A DNA stretch of 64,000 bases from Antedon mediterranea (lineage: Eukaryota > Animalia > Echinodermata), in NCBI RefSeq assembly GCF_964355755.1, contig NC_092670.1, positions 22,616,795 through 22,680,794 of the forward strand, read 5' to 3'. The notes beneath the pieces are model-generated. The model did not search any database. It saw nothing but the letters and a program-made list of their open reading frames with translations, and was not told where the DNA came from. The stretch's first letter is position 1, and the number at the start of each line of letters is the position of its first letter. Both the position numbers and the translations under genes were made by a program. Below, piece after piece: positions 51,101-61,512 of the stretch.

Positions 51101-54100
51101 AAATTATACATGCATATACATTTGTAATATATTGAATATCCATATTAGCATTCCATGCTCTCAATAAGGAAGGATTATATTGATTTACCCACACATCTTG
51201 AGGGTTTCTCTTTATAACTATTTTTTCCTCAGTAGCTACACAATTATTTGCTTTCTCAAATGCACTCTGTGTAATACCTAAACTTTGGAAAAGTTCTATT
51301 GCATTTTTATATGTTTCTTCATTAGTCACAGCATCTTTTACTGAGGTTAACAGCTCCGTTGCTTTTTTATTGTCATCATTATCATCATTGTCTTTATCCA
51401 CAATTGTAGGTCTCATAACAAATGTATTTCCAGAAGGTTGTCTGGGAAAGTTAAATCTGCAATTTGTTCCCTTTTTTTTACATGATTTAGAATGTCTTTT
51501 ACTGTGAATTTGCACACTTTTAACAGTTTCATTCAGTTCACGATCTACAGTTTCACATGGCACAGCACAAGAAATATATTTATCAACAAAATTAATAACT
51601 TCATTATCTTTATCTGTACCAAAAATAGGAGCATTTTCAACCCATACTAACATATGAACATGTGGACTTCCTCTCATTTGAAATTCAATTCGGTAAAAAT
51701 AATCTACGACTTTACCAATAGGCTGTGCTTCAGACAAAATTACATTTTTCAAAAAAGTATGAAAGCGTTTGTCAAACATTCTTGCAACAGTCACCGGATT
51801 TGATTTCAACAAATTACATTTATCTGCCCATTCCAATTCTTCAATGTTTCTTTGGTCTCCTGACTGATTTAACAATGTCGTCATTATTTCTTTCCAACGG
51901 AAGTCAGCACTTGAGAATGAAAGAAAGAATGTTGGCTTTCCAATCTGTCTAACCATTGCTATTATATCTTTTTGTGTAGCTTGCCAGTACGGTGGAGTTC
52001 CACGAATTTGTTTTAAAAATTTATAACCCTTATCAGATTTTAAAATCTCCTGAATTTTGGTAACATTTTTTAAATCGGATACAGTAACTTTGCTAAAGTC
52101 ATCCTTTTTACTTGACCCTTTTCGCAATGCAATGGAAATACTAGATAAAATTTGTTGAAGTTCATATAAAGATTGAGCATAAAATATGAATTCTGTATTT
52201 TGTGCAAACCTGTTATCTATATGCATTAATCTATTGTGAAAATAACGTCCAAGTGTTATTTTAACATCTCTCGTATCATGGAATGTTGGTTGTCCTGTTG
52301 GAAATAACACTGGAAATGATTTTGCTTCATTGCTTTTATTACTTAATAATGCAATAGGGCTATTATTTTCACACGGTGCACAACAAATTATTTCATTAAA
52401 ATATTCATCAACCAAATTTTGTCGCATGTCAACAGGTTGGAGACTTGTATCAAAGGTAGCACCACACAATTGGTCTTCTACTTCTACCTCTTCTTCTTCA
52501 ATGTTTTCTACACATGTTTGATTTTCATGTACATTAGTATTTGCATTTTCGATGTTTTCTTCAGATAAATAATTATGCCATTCTTCATTAATAGCTATGT
52601 CAAAATAGCACTTGTTGTGATCTTGTAAATATCTAAGAGCTTGAATAACATTGGCAGTGTTAACAAATTTATATTTGTAATAACCTTTGTAAGATAACTT
52701 TCGCTTCAATTTTACAGATATTAATTGATCATCAACCTGTGGTCTAGGCAGCATTTTTACAGTTTCAATAGTATTTGATGGTACACATACGACTGGTCCA
52801 TGTATTCCATTCTGTCCACCTTTCGGTAAATTCATTAATTTCATAAAAGGAATGTTTAATCCAATCAAATGCTGCTCTAAATTATTTAAACACCTGAGCT
52901 CAGGAGGAATATCGTGTAGTTGTAAATTGTTTGAATTGGCTTCTGCAGGAACTTTCCCGTTTAACATTTTCCTGTGGCATGTGAAACAATTCCATAAACG
53001 ACATCTTGGTGATTCGACAAATTGACAAGGTTTATTACATTCATTATTGCAAAGATGCAAATACTTTTCATTTATACAAGCCTTATTTTTGTATTTAGCT
53101 TTGATGCACTTCATAACTTGATCTTTGAATAACAATTTAAAGCATACACAACAAACATATTCAGGACCACGAGAAACTGTTTCCCTGAAGTTTTCTAAAA
53201 CAATATTAAAATTAGTGTTTTCTGTTTTGATTTTTTCCCGATTTTTCATATTTTTCTTAATGATTTTTTTCCGGAACCCTTCATCACCATGATACTTTTC
53301 TGTAAATCTTTGCTTACATCTTTGACGAAATTTTGAATTCCCTCGATATTTCTCTGCCAATTTATGCTTACAGTTTTGTCTAAATTTCAAATTACTCCGA
53401 TACTTTTCTGCCAATTTGTCTTTGCATTTTTGCCTAAATTTCAAATTACTCCGATACTTTTCTGCCAATTTGTCTTTGCATTTTGTTCTAAATTTTAAAT
53501 TACTCCGATACTTTTCTACCAATTTATCTTTCCATTTTTGTTTAAATTTCAAATTAGTCCGATACTTTTCAACAAATTTTTCTTTACAGTTTTGTCTAAA
53601 TTTAAAATTACTTTGATACTTCTCTGTCAATTTTTGGGTAATGTTTTCTCTGAATTGTGAATTACTACAATACTTCTGTGTTAAATTTTGTTTCAAATTT
53701 TTTCGAAATTGTGGATCATTGTGATATCTTTCCTTATTTCTTTGTTTATTATTTTGCCTAGTTTTATGTCTAAACATTGTTTCATTGTTGTATCTATTCT
53801 TCATTGTTTCTTTTTTGGTTGTTCGGTAATCCAAATCAATGTTGTAGTTATTTTTAGCTTTATTTCGTACCTTAACATTATATTCAGGTTCACATCTATA
53901 CTTTTTGTGTTGTCTTTCTCTGTTTTCTTTCCTTTTTTGGAATTTATAATCATCATCACCATATCTTATTTTTTGCGCCTCTTTTACTTTGCGTTTCTTT
54001 TCCTCTCTGTATACAGAATCACTTTCATATTTGTTTCCGGTTTCTTTTATTTCTTCTGAATTATTTTTTTTTTCTCTTTCCCGTTTAATTTTCTGTCGAT

Positions 54101-57100
54101 TCTTTTCTATTTCTTTTCTAATTCTATAAGATTGTTTTCGTTTTCCGCTCAATATTTTTACTTTGCTTTCTGAACAAGGTTTTTCATCAGTTTTACTCTT
54201 TTTGTGTTTTGGTTCTTTGTCTTCAAATGTGTCACAAGTTTCTTTTCCAGTTTGCTTTCGTTTCTTTGTTGTAGAATTCTTTACCAAAAAAATCGCCTCT
54301 GTATTTGACAGTTTATTGTGGGATGTCACATTCATATCAACTTGTCCTGTTGTTTCCTGAACATTATTTTGACTCACATTGACAGATTCTACTACATTAA
54401 AATGCACATTCATGGTGTACAAAATATATATACCATTGTCAGTTGTAACATCATCTATTCTTCCCGGCTTTTTAGCAGAAAACAATTGCCACGTCAAAAG
54501 TTGATCATTAAATGAATAAATATCTGTATTAAGCAAGTTTGCCATTGCACTTATTTCAGTATTGGATGCCCACGTTCCATTATCCATTACTCTTTTTTTA
54601 AACACATATTCCTTAACTGATCTATATTCGTGACTAAATGTATTAATAAATAAGTCATCAGTTTCCAATAAATGATTAGTAATTGCTCTTCTTAAAAATA
54701 AATGATTATCTTCAGTCCCAGAAATAATGTATGAAATTGCACGATAAAAACAATTACCATCACCTGTAATATTTGTAATTTGAAGAGGATGTCCAATCTG
54801 ACTAGCTCTGTTAATACCACAATTCATATCGGTATGTTCACAATGAATGCCTAATTTATTACACATGTTTTTCTTTTGTGCTTCTGAGGTAGGAATAAAT
54901 TTAAAATTCTCGTCAGGTCTTTCTGCATACTGAACATTAACAATTTCAATATCACTATCACTTTGCCATCCATTACTTGATGAGACATGACCTTCTTTAT
55001 TATGTTTTTTGCCTTTAACGTTAGAATCAATATTCTTGTCTGGTAATCTTGTACTACATTTATACTGATAAGAGGTACTAGGTTCATCAACGTCGACGTT
55101 TCCCAAGTTTCTTTGTTCACAATTATCATCGAGCACAGAAGCGGAACATAACATCATAGACTTATTTTCAATATTTACACCAGTCAGTTCAAACTCGGTT
55201 TCATGTAAATTACAGTTCATTGACCTTGCTAATCTTATACAATAATCGTACACACCTTGCCACGATGGACTGTAAAGTAAAATACTCTTTCCATGTTCAC
55301 TAACACAACCAAATCGATCTCTTGCATGTGGATCAAATATAAGAAATCCATTTACACGTTTGATAATAGAAAATGTGCTTCTGTTGAAATTCATAAAAAA
55401 TGCATCATGTTGGTGTAATTCTTGTTCAAGAGCTTGGTTTAATGACAAGGCTCCATATTCAGCCATAAATTCGAGATTCCCATCTATTATGCCAAAAACT
55501 GATTCTTTGGGAGATATTACAAATGTGTTATCCAAGATATCCAATTCTTTCGGCAGTTCAGAAATCATTAAAAGGTCCTCGTGCATAGTGGAATCTTTCT
55601 GAATGTAACGGTACAACTCGTTTCCAAGAGTCAATATTGTATCAAGGTCTTTGGTGTAAAATTCATTTCCATTCCTCTTTGTAGAATAAAGAATAGCTAC
55701 AAGACTATTTGCAACACACTGTTTACCACTTGCAAAGCCAAATCTATAATTCCCTTGATTAAAATTACCCTGTGCTACAGTTATATTTTCATTACTATTA
55801 TATACTTGTAATTCATTTATTGATTGTGTTTTCTGCCTTTTTCGTGTATTTTTTTGTTTTGGTACATCATCGATTATCAATTCTTCCGAAAAATTACTTT
55901 TTGTTAAAACTTCAATATCCACATCGATAGTATGTTGGTCACATTTAGGTTTAGTATGGGACCTAATTTTTTCAGTCACTGCTTTTTTGAATCCGTCATC
56001 AATTATCAATACTTCATTTTCCTCAAATTCACAACTTGCACATGTTTGATTTTTATGATCTGTACCATTACTATCAATTATTCTACTTCTGTCATTCATT
56101 TTGCTATTATTTTGTGCTTTCGCATCGTCAGTCGCTGTGTTGTCGTTTTCTACAGTACATTCCATTTTAAAATCCTCGTCAGTTTTCGTTTCAGAATTGT
56201 CATTATTACCCATGTTCTTTATATCTTTCATAGTATCGCAATCATTCTTTAAATTCACATTACCTTGTGCTTTTTTGTTATCAATCCTCTTAGTTTTGAC
56301 AAAACGACCCTTGTTATTTCGTAAACGTTTCGAACCACCACCTGATTGTTGTTGTATTCCGTGCGTTACTTTTGTATTTTTCAAATCATCACACATAGGC
56401 CTACCACTGTCGTCAATTATTGTTTGTGAATTTCCCAATATATTCGTTTTACCATTTTCTTTGTTGTATTCTCTGTAAGTAGTTGTATTCATATTCCATT
56501 CCATTTTTTTATTATTTTGTCTTTCATAGAAATCTTTTACACCTTTGCCAATATATTTTACACCTGGTTCTATACTTATACCATTTATAACGCGCTTTCT
56601 CCTTTTCTTATTTCCTCTATTTTTACATCTTTTTTTTCTGTTGTCGGTTCTTTTCTTTGATCTTACTCTGATCCAATCACTACCAAGTAAATCTTCACTT
56701 TCTGTTTGTTGACATTTTAATATTGCATTATTATAACGTTTTTCTTTATTTTTCGTTAATTCTGGAAAGTCTGAAGTGACAGATTCATCAGGTTCTAGAA
56801 TCGTATATCTATTGAAATGACAGGGAATACCTATTTCGCCAAACATGTTATCAACAAAATTATTATTCCCACACATTGAACAAATCCAAATTACCCGGGA
56901 ATTACATAGTTTGTCTTCAAAAACATCTCTTACACATTTCACATGAAAATATTGACTACAACAGTCACATGTTATGCAATTGTCGTCTACTTTCACTTCA
57001 ATATTACAGAAATCGCATGTATCATCAAACTCTGAAGTGACATCTGTACCATAAGATAATATGTTTATGATATCATCAATTATTCCTTTAAATTCTGTTG

Positions 57101-57383
57101 TATCTTTCATAAATTCACAATTGACATTACCTGTATCATCATTTCTGTCGTCTTTGACATTCTCAGTTGAACAGCATTCATCAAGTAGGTCCAAGATGTC
57201 ATTAACAACTATTTTAAATTCTGCTGTCTTATCCATAACTCCATTATTAACATTACCAGTTGTATTGACAAAAATATGCTTTTTACTTGTAACTTCTTTA
57301 TTCACATTCTTACACAAATAAATTATCATTGTAAAGATAATCAACAAAAAGATACCAACTAATGTTATGAATTCCATATCCAT
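48111..57383 (-). CDS. Helentron Rep/helicase/endonuclease polyprotein, 3090 aa, with N-terminal hydrophobic anchor, PHD finger, herpes-tegument-like DUB and OTU domains
   Basis: Uninterrupted ORF. Rep: FFLSFSSAD, YRIEFQMRGSPHVHMLVW, YVIGYMSK. PIF1: GGAGTGKS, IIDEISMV, GDFYQLPPV, QFPLKLAYACTVHKVQG, GQAYVGLSRV. EEP: HNIQGL, LTETW, GDFN, IDHVY, SYH. OTU: GDGNCFYRAIS...HF. C76-like: NQGNYRFGFASGKQCVANS...FDPH. PHD: C4HC3. Confidence 0.93.
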   Translation of the reverse strand: MDMEFITLVGIFLLIIFTMIIYLCKNVNKEVTSKKHIFVNTTGNVNNGVMDKTAEFKIVVNDILDLLDECCSTENVKDDRNDDTGNVNCEFMKDTTEFKGIIDDIINILSYGTDVTSEFDDTCDFCNIEVKVDDNCITCDCCSQYFHVKCVRDVFEDKLCNSRVIWICSMCGNNNFVDNMFGEIGIPCHFNRYTILEPDESVTSDFPELTKNKEKRYNNAILKCQQTESEDLLGSDWIRVRSKKRTDNRKKRCKNRGNKKRRKRVINGISIEPGVKYIGKGVKDFYERQNNKKMEWNMNTTTYREYNKENGKTNILGNSQTIIDDSGRPMCDDLKNTKVTHGIQQQSGGGSKRLRNNKGRFVKTKRIDNKKAQGNVNLKNDCDTMKDIKNMGNNDNSETKTDEDFKMECTVENDNTATDDAKAQNNSKMNDRSRIIDSNGTDHKNQTCASCEFEENEVLIIDDGFKKAVTEKIRSHTKPKCDQHTIDVDIEVLTKSNFSEELIIDDVPKQKNTRKRQKTQSINELQVYNSNENITVAQGNFNQGNYRFGFASGKQCVANSLVAILYSTKRNGNEFYTKDLDTILTLGNELYRYIQKDSTMHEDLLMISELPKELDILDNTFVISPKESVFGIIDGNLEFMAEYGALSLNQALEQELHQHDAFFMNFNRSTFSIIKRVNGFLIFDPHARDRFGCVSEHGKSILLYSPSWQGVYDYCIRLARSMNCNLHETEFELTGVNIENKSMMLCSASVLDDNCEQRNLGNVDVDEPSTSYQYKCSTRLPDKNIDSNVKGKKHNKEGHVSSSNGWQSDSDIEIVNVQYAERPDENFKFIPTSEAQKKNMCNKLGIHCEHTDMNCGINRASQIGHPLQITNITGDGNCFYRAISYIISGTEDNHLFLRRAITNHLLETDDLFINTFSHEYRSVKEYVFKKRVMDNGTWASNTEISAMANLLNTDIYSFNDQLLTWQLFSAKKPGRIDDVTTDNGIYILYTMNVHFNVVESVNVSQNNVQETTGQVDMNVTSHNKLSNTEAIFLVKNSTTKKRKQTGKETCDTFEDKEPKHKKSKTDEKPCSESKVKILSGKRKQSYRIRKEIEKNRQKIKREREKKNNSEEIKETGNKYESDSVYREEKKRKVKEAQKIRYGDDDYKFQKRKENRERQHKKYRCEPEYNVKVRNKAKNNYNIDLDYRTTKKETMKNRYNNETMFRHKTRQNNKQRNKERYHNDPQFRKNLKQNLTQKYCSNSQFRENITQKLTEKYQSNFKFRQNCKEKFVEKYRTNLKFKQKWKDKLVEKYRSNLKFRTKCKDKLAEKYRSNLKFRQKCKDKLAEKYRSNLKFRQNCKHKLAEKYRGNSKFRQRCKQRFTEKYHGDEGFRKKIIKKNMKNREKIKTENTNFNIVLENFRETVSRGPEYVCCVCFKLLFKDQVMKCIKAKYKNKACINEKYLHLCNNECNKPCQFVESPRCRLWNCFTCHRKMLNGKVPAEANSNNLQLHDIPPELRCLNNLEQHLIGLNIPFMKLMNLPKGGQNGIHGPVVCVPSNTIETVKMLPRPQVDDQLISVKLKRKLSYKGYYKYKFVNTANVIQALRYLQDHNKCYFDIAINEEWHNYLSEENIENANTNVHENQTCVENIEEEEVEVEDQLCGATFDTSLQPVDMRQNLVDEYFNEIICCAPCENNSPIALLSNKSNEAKSFPVLFPTGQPTFHDTRDVKITLGRYFHNRLMHIDNRFAQNTEFIFYAQSLYELQQILSSISIALRKGSSKKDDFSKVTVSDLKNVTKIQEILKSDKGYKFLKQIRGTPPYWQATQKDIIAMVRQIGKPTFFLSFSSADFRWKEIMTTLLNQSGDQRNIEELEWADKCNLLKSNPVTVARMFDKRFHTFLKNVILSEAQPIGKVVDYFYRIEFQMRGSPHVHMLVWVENAPIFGTDKDNEVINFVDKYISCAVPCETVDRELNETVKSVQIHSKRHSKSCKKKGTNCRFNFPRQPSGNTFVMRPTIVDKDNDDNDDNKKATELLTSVKDAVTNEETYKNAIELFQSLGITQSAFEKANNCVATEEKIVIKRNPQDVWVNQYNPSLLRAWNANMDIQYITNVYACIIYVIGYMSKSEREMGLLLNHAASEVKEGNEDARQSLRKLGNVYMNNREVSAQESIYRVCSLRLKECSRKVEFIPVGPNPVRMSLPLSVIKNKEDDDVSAWLPNKIDKYKARPNSSEFNKMCLAKFCSEYRILSSSEMKGNKQKKNVFQLKKQLGFIQKRTRTSNAIVRYPRFPMDTAPEKYFLSILQLFLPFRKDEQLKPPNFETYEQFHEKGCVKLCGCQLQTVKSIVHGNREQYEKSADDVEEAQECLSKFGPQEDAWSLLCPESEKERLDNPKPNVEVDDEEDEFFIPDFGIQKNPTSKLESNSSNIPRPELNKMIRSLNEKQQHIFYKTRQWCLDKVNGNKPEAFYTFITGGAGTGKSHLVNCIYNEATRILGKIMENPDDLSILKLAPTGIAAYNIKGQTIHSALSIPINISLPYQPLGEEKISALRNKLGQLQIVIIDEISMVNQRLLWYIHGRLRQIKQVRNDSPFGYISVIAVGDFYQLPPVMGSSLYKDTLESSLWIDNFKQVQLDQIMRQKEDKQFALLLNKLRTKEKHDCLSDNDLLVLKSRETGEECEDAVHIYPRNKQVDEWNKKMLHKTCTDIVCIKAEDSVVNSKKQSKNCDKPRNSRQTSLLNYLWIAINARVMLIKNVDVKKGLTNGCMGHVDEIVKPDHNTEPVSIKVKFDNNDIGIQAIEMFKESMGKKYSRKQFPLKLAYACTVHKVQGMTMDKAVVCLKDTFTHGQAYVGLSRVTSITGLTIENFKPSLIYCDPNIKKCLNNMDSYVQCDKQGHDSASRFSIMLHNIQGLKQHFVDLQCNDLFMNSNIICLTETWLNKDDDFFDVRIEPYKLYHQARYDSYSNTNDLSSKIKHQAHGGVAVYAKNTSSSRLNICNNDIEAVSFLITSPISVAVSVIYRPPSYDINQFCQNLRKHLEELHKMSTKCIVMGDFNENLFKQSSRVNNLMAENEYKQHVTCSTTENNTLIDHVYSKGLDSVQAEVIPIYYSYHEAIQIKF

Positions 57384-57919
57384 TATTCAAAATTTGTATA
57401 AGAAACAAATCTACAAATTTCTTCAAATTAATAAACTTTGTATTCTGCAATTCCAATGAATATTACAATTAGGTTCTTTTTATCAATTCAAGAAATTCTT
57501 GCTAAAACAAAATAAATTATTAAAATTCCAAAAACAATTCAATTTTATATTGTCTTTTGTTTCTATGATTTTTAATTTTTGTCCTAATTTTTTTTCTTTT
57601 AATATATTTTTTTTTTATCTGCTTTTTTTTCAATAGTTCAATTATACAATTTCACTGAATAAAAAAATTAGCTTCTGCTTAATATTGGCTTGATGAAATA
57701 CTCTATATTATTTTTAACTTCTCTTTAATACTTGGTTATGCTAAATAGTTTCAGATTCTAATTTTTATTCTTTTTACAATTCTACTTAATAACAGATTCA
57801 AATAAAAGTGATCTTTAAATCTTCTTTAATTAATTCTTTTGTAATAAACTCTGTTTAATATTTATTTCTTTATAATAAGCTTCTGTTTTATTCTTCAAAC
57901 TTTTGTTTATATAATCAAA

Positions 57920-58200
57920 CTTTAACTTTACACTTTTGCTTTTGCAAAAATGGTTTTGTAATAAACTTTTGTTTATTAGTTGTTTCCTTGTGATTAACTT
58001 CTGTTATCTTCAAGGTTTGACACTTTTGCTTTTGCAAAAATGGTTTTGTAATAAACTTTTGTTTATTAGTTGTTTCCTTGTGATTAACTTTTGTTATCTT
58101 CAAGGTTTTACACTTTTGCTTTTGCAAAAATGGTTTGTAATAAACTTTTGTTTATTAGTTTTTTCCTTGTGATAAACTTCTGTTTACTTCAAGGTTTTAC
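57920..58200. repeat. Tandem repeat of about 90 bp, 3 copies
   Basis: cacttttgcttttgcaaaaatggttt at 57930, 58021 and 58111. Confidence 0.9.
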
Positions 58201-59024
58201 TGAATGTTTCAAAGATACTTTTAAAAAATGTTTAAAAAGAAATTGTGCATAAATATTAAAATTCGGTAACCCCTCGTAGAAACTCTCTTTGGAGAGTGGA
58301 TCTTTTTCTAAAGACCCGGATCTCTTCTGAGATCCAGTGGGTTTATATAAGACAGTCACCTACAATAAAAGAAAAAAAAAAGAGTTAGTTATTAATTTTA
58401 AGATACACTGTACAGTACTAAGAATTTGTAAAAACACTGATTTATCTACTGATTCAATTTATAATATACACATCCCCCTTGTGGAATGTAACATGATCTA
58501 TTGGGCCTAGCAAAACAAATTAGGACCAACTCACTACTAAATTCAGGATAGACCCATTTTATAAAATTGCAAGTTTGTGTCTGGAGAAACTGACCACCAC
58601 ATTTATGTTAAAAAGGATGATTGTCCCAAATTTTGAAGTAAATTATGATAATATATTTGTGACTTTGGTTTATACAATATAAATAAATCACTATAGAAGA
58701 TATTTTGACCTAAAAATATGTCAAAACTTCATTACATGGAATGTGTCGGAAACAAATTCTTTCATAACAATTTCACCTTCACAATTTTTCAACTTCTACG
58801 AAATCAACTTGTATTTTTGTTGCTTTTAATCAAACACTTGTATCAAATGATAATTCACATAAATTGTTATATTGTAATATTCAATAAAGTCCTAGTATAA
58901 ACATATAATCTGAAAATAGGTTTAATTATTCAATGTTCTAATATAACAGAATTTTATACACAAAAATATTTGGTCACTCAGTATTGTAAATTTACAGACA
59001 ACACATGTTTATCAATTAAGGGAG

Positions 59025-61512
59025 GGCATAAAGTAAGGAAAATATGTTTTTTCCGTTTTACAAATAATTTTCTAATACTCACAGCTGTAACTGATACTGT
59101 ATATTTTCTGTACAACTACAATCTAAAATATAAAAGGAAAATCATTAATAATTGCAATAAACAACATTAACACTTTTTCAAAATCAACATGCTTCTTAAT
59201 CGAAAAAGTAAGAAATTTCCTCAAAATGACTTTAGGTATGGGCCGGTTGATTGGGGTATACATGTTGTCTTAATACTAATTTCATTTAATAATTTATTCA
59301 CAAACAATAAAATCTGAATTATGTAAATGTTTCATAATAGAAAATGCCTACAAAATGACAGGCAACTGTTCACGAAGTAAGGAAAATATGTTTTCTCCAT
59401 TTAACAGTTAATCTACTAATACTCACAGCTGTAGCTAACACTGTATATTTTCTACAATCTAAAAAAAACAAGGAAAACATTGATAATGGCAATAAACAAC
59501 ATTAACCCTTTTGCTAAATCAACATGCTTCTTAATCAATGTCTGAAAAATTAGGAAATTTCCTCAAAATGACTTTGGGTATGGGCCGGCTGATTGGGGTC
59601 TACATGTTGTCTCAATACTACTTTCATTTAATATCTCATTCACAAACCATAAAATCTGAATTATTTAAATGTTTCATAATATAAAATGCCTACAAAATAA
59701 CAGGCAACAGTTCACAAAGTAAGGAAAATATGTTTTCTCTGTTTAACAGATAATCTACTAATACTCACAGCTGTAGCTCAAACTGTTTATTTTCTACAAT
59801 CTAAAAAAAAAACAAGGAAAAACATTGATAATGGCAATAAACAACATTAACACTTTTTCCAAATCAACATGCTTCTTAATCAATGTCTGAAAAATGTAGG
59901 AAATTTCCTCAAAATGGCTTTGGATATGGGCCGGCTGATTGTGGCCTACATGTTGTCTCAATGGTAATTTCATTTAATTGTTTGATTACAAACAATAAAA
60001 TCTGAATTATGTAAATGTTTCATAATACAAAATGTCTACAAAATAACCGGCAATAGTTCACAAAGTAAGAAAAATATGTTTTCTCCGTTTAACAGATAAT
60101 CTACTAATACTCACAGCTGTAGCTCAAACTGTATATTTTCTACAATCTAAAAAAATACAAGGAAAAACATTGATAATTGTAATAAACAACATTAACACTT
60201 TTTCCAAATCAACACGCTTCTTAATCAATGTCTGAAAAATTAAGAAATTTCCTCAAAATGACTTTGGGTATGAGACGGCTGATTAGGGCAGGCAACAGTT
60301 CACAAAGTAAGGAAAATATGTTTTCTCCGTTTAACAGATAATCTACTGATACTCACAGCTGTAGCTCAAACTGTATATTTTCTACAATCTAAAAAAAAAC
60401 AAGGAAAAACATTGATAATGGTAATAAACAACATTAACACTTTTTCCAAATCAACACGCTTCTTAATCAATGTCTGAAAAATTAAGAAATTTCCTCAAAA
60501 TGACTTTGGGTATGAGACGGCTGATTAGGGCAGGCAACAGTTCACAAAGTAAGGAAAATATGTTTTCTCCGTTTAACAGATAATCTACTGATACTCACAG
60601 CTGTAGCTGAAACTGTATATTTTCTACAATCTAAAAAAAAAACAAGGAAAAACATTGATAATGGTAATAAACAACATTAACACTTTTTCCAAATCAACAA
60701 GCTTCTTAATCAATGTCTGAAAAATTAAGAAATTTCCTCAAAATAACTTTGGGTATGGGCCGGCTGATTGGGGTCTACATGTTGTCTCAATACTACTTTC
60801 ATTTAATATCTTATTCACAAACAATAAAATCTGAATTATGTAAATGTTTCATAATACAAAATGTCTACAAAATAACAGGCAACAGTTCACAAAGTAAGAA
60901 AAATATGTTTTCTCCGTTTAACAGATAATCTACTAATACTCACAGCTGTAGCTCAAACTGTATATTTTCTACAATCTAAAAAAAAAACAAGGAAAAACAT
61001 TGATAATGGTAATAAACAACATTAACACTTTTTCCAAATCAACAAGCTTCCTATTCAATGTCTGAAAAATTAAGAAATTTCCTCAAAATGACTTTGGGTA
61101 TGAGACGGCTGATTAGGGCAGGCAACATTTCACAAAGTAAGGAAAATATGTTTTCTCCGTTTAACAGATAATCTACTGATACTCACAGTTTTAGCTGAAA
61201 CTCTATATTTTCTACAATCTAAAAAAAAACAAGGAAAAACATTGATAATTGTAATAAACATTAACACTTTTTCCAAATCAACACGCTTCTTAATCAATGT
61301 CTGAAAAATTAAGAAATTTCCTCAAAATGTCTTTGGGTATGAAACGGCTGATTAGGGCAGGCAACAGTTCACAAAGTAAGGAAAATATGTTTTCTCTGTT
61401 TAACAGATAATCTACTAATACTCACAGCTGTAGCTCAAACTGTATATTTTCTACAATCTAAAAAAAACAAGGAAAAACATTGATAATGGCAATAAACAAC
61501 ATTAACATTTTT
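59025..61512. repeat. Satellite with long (about 345 bp) and short (about 243 bp) unit variants, plus an orphan copy at about 62355-62670
   Basis: The tactcacag anchor occurs at about 59075, 59420, 59762, 60107, 60350, 60592, 60937, 61180, 61419 and 62361. Confidence 0.92.

Noticed and set aside
49595-57321. Many short plus-strand ORFs opposite the 3090-aa ORF
   Set aside because: They are antisense shadows with no motifs.
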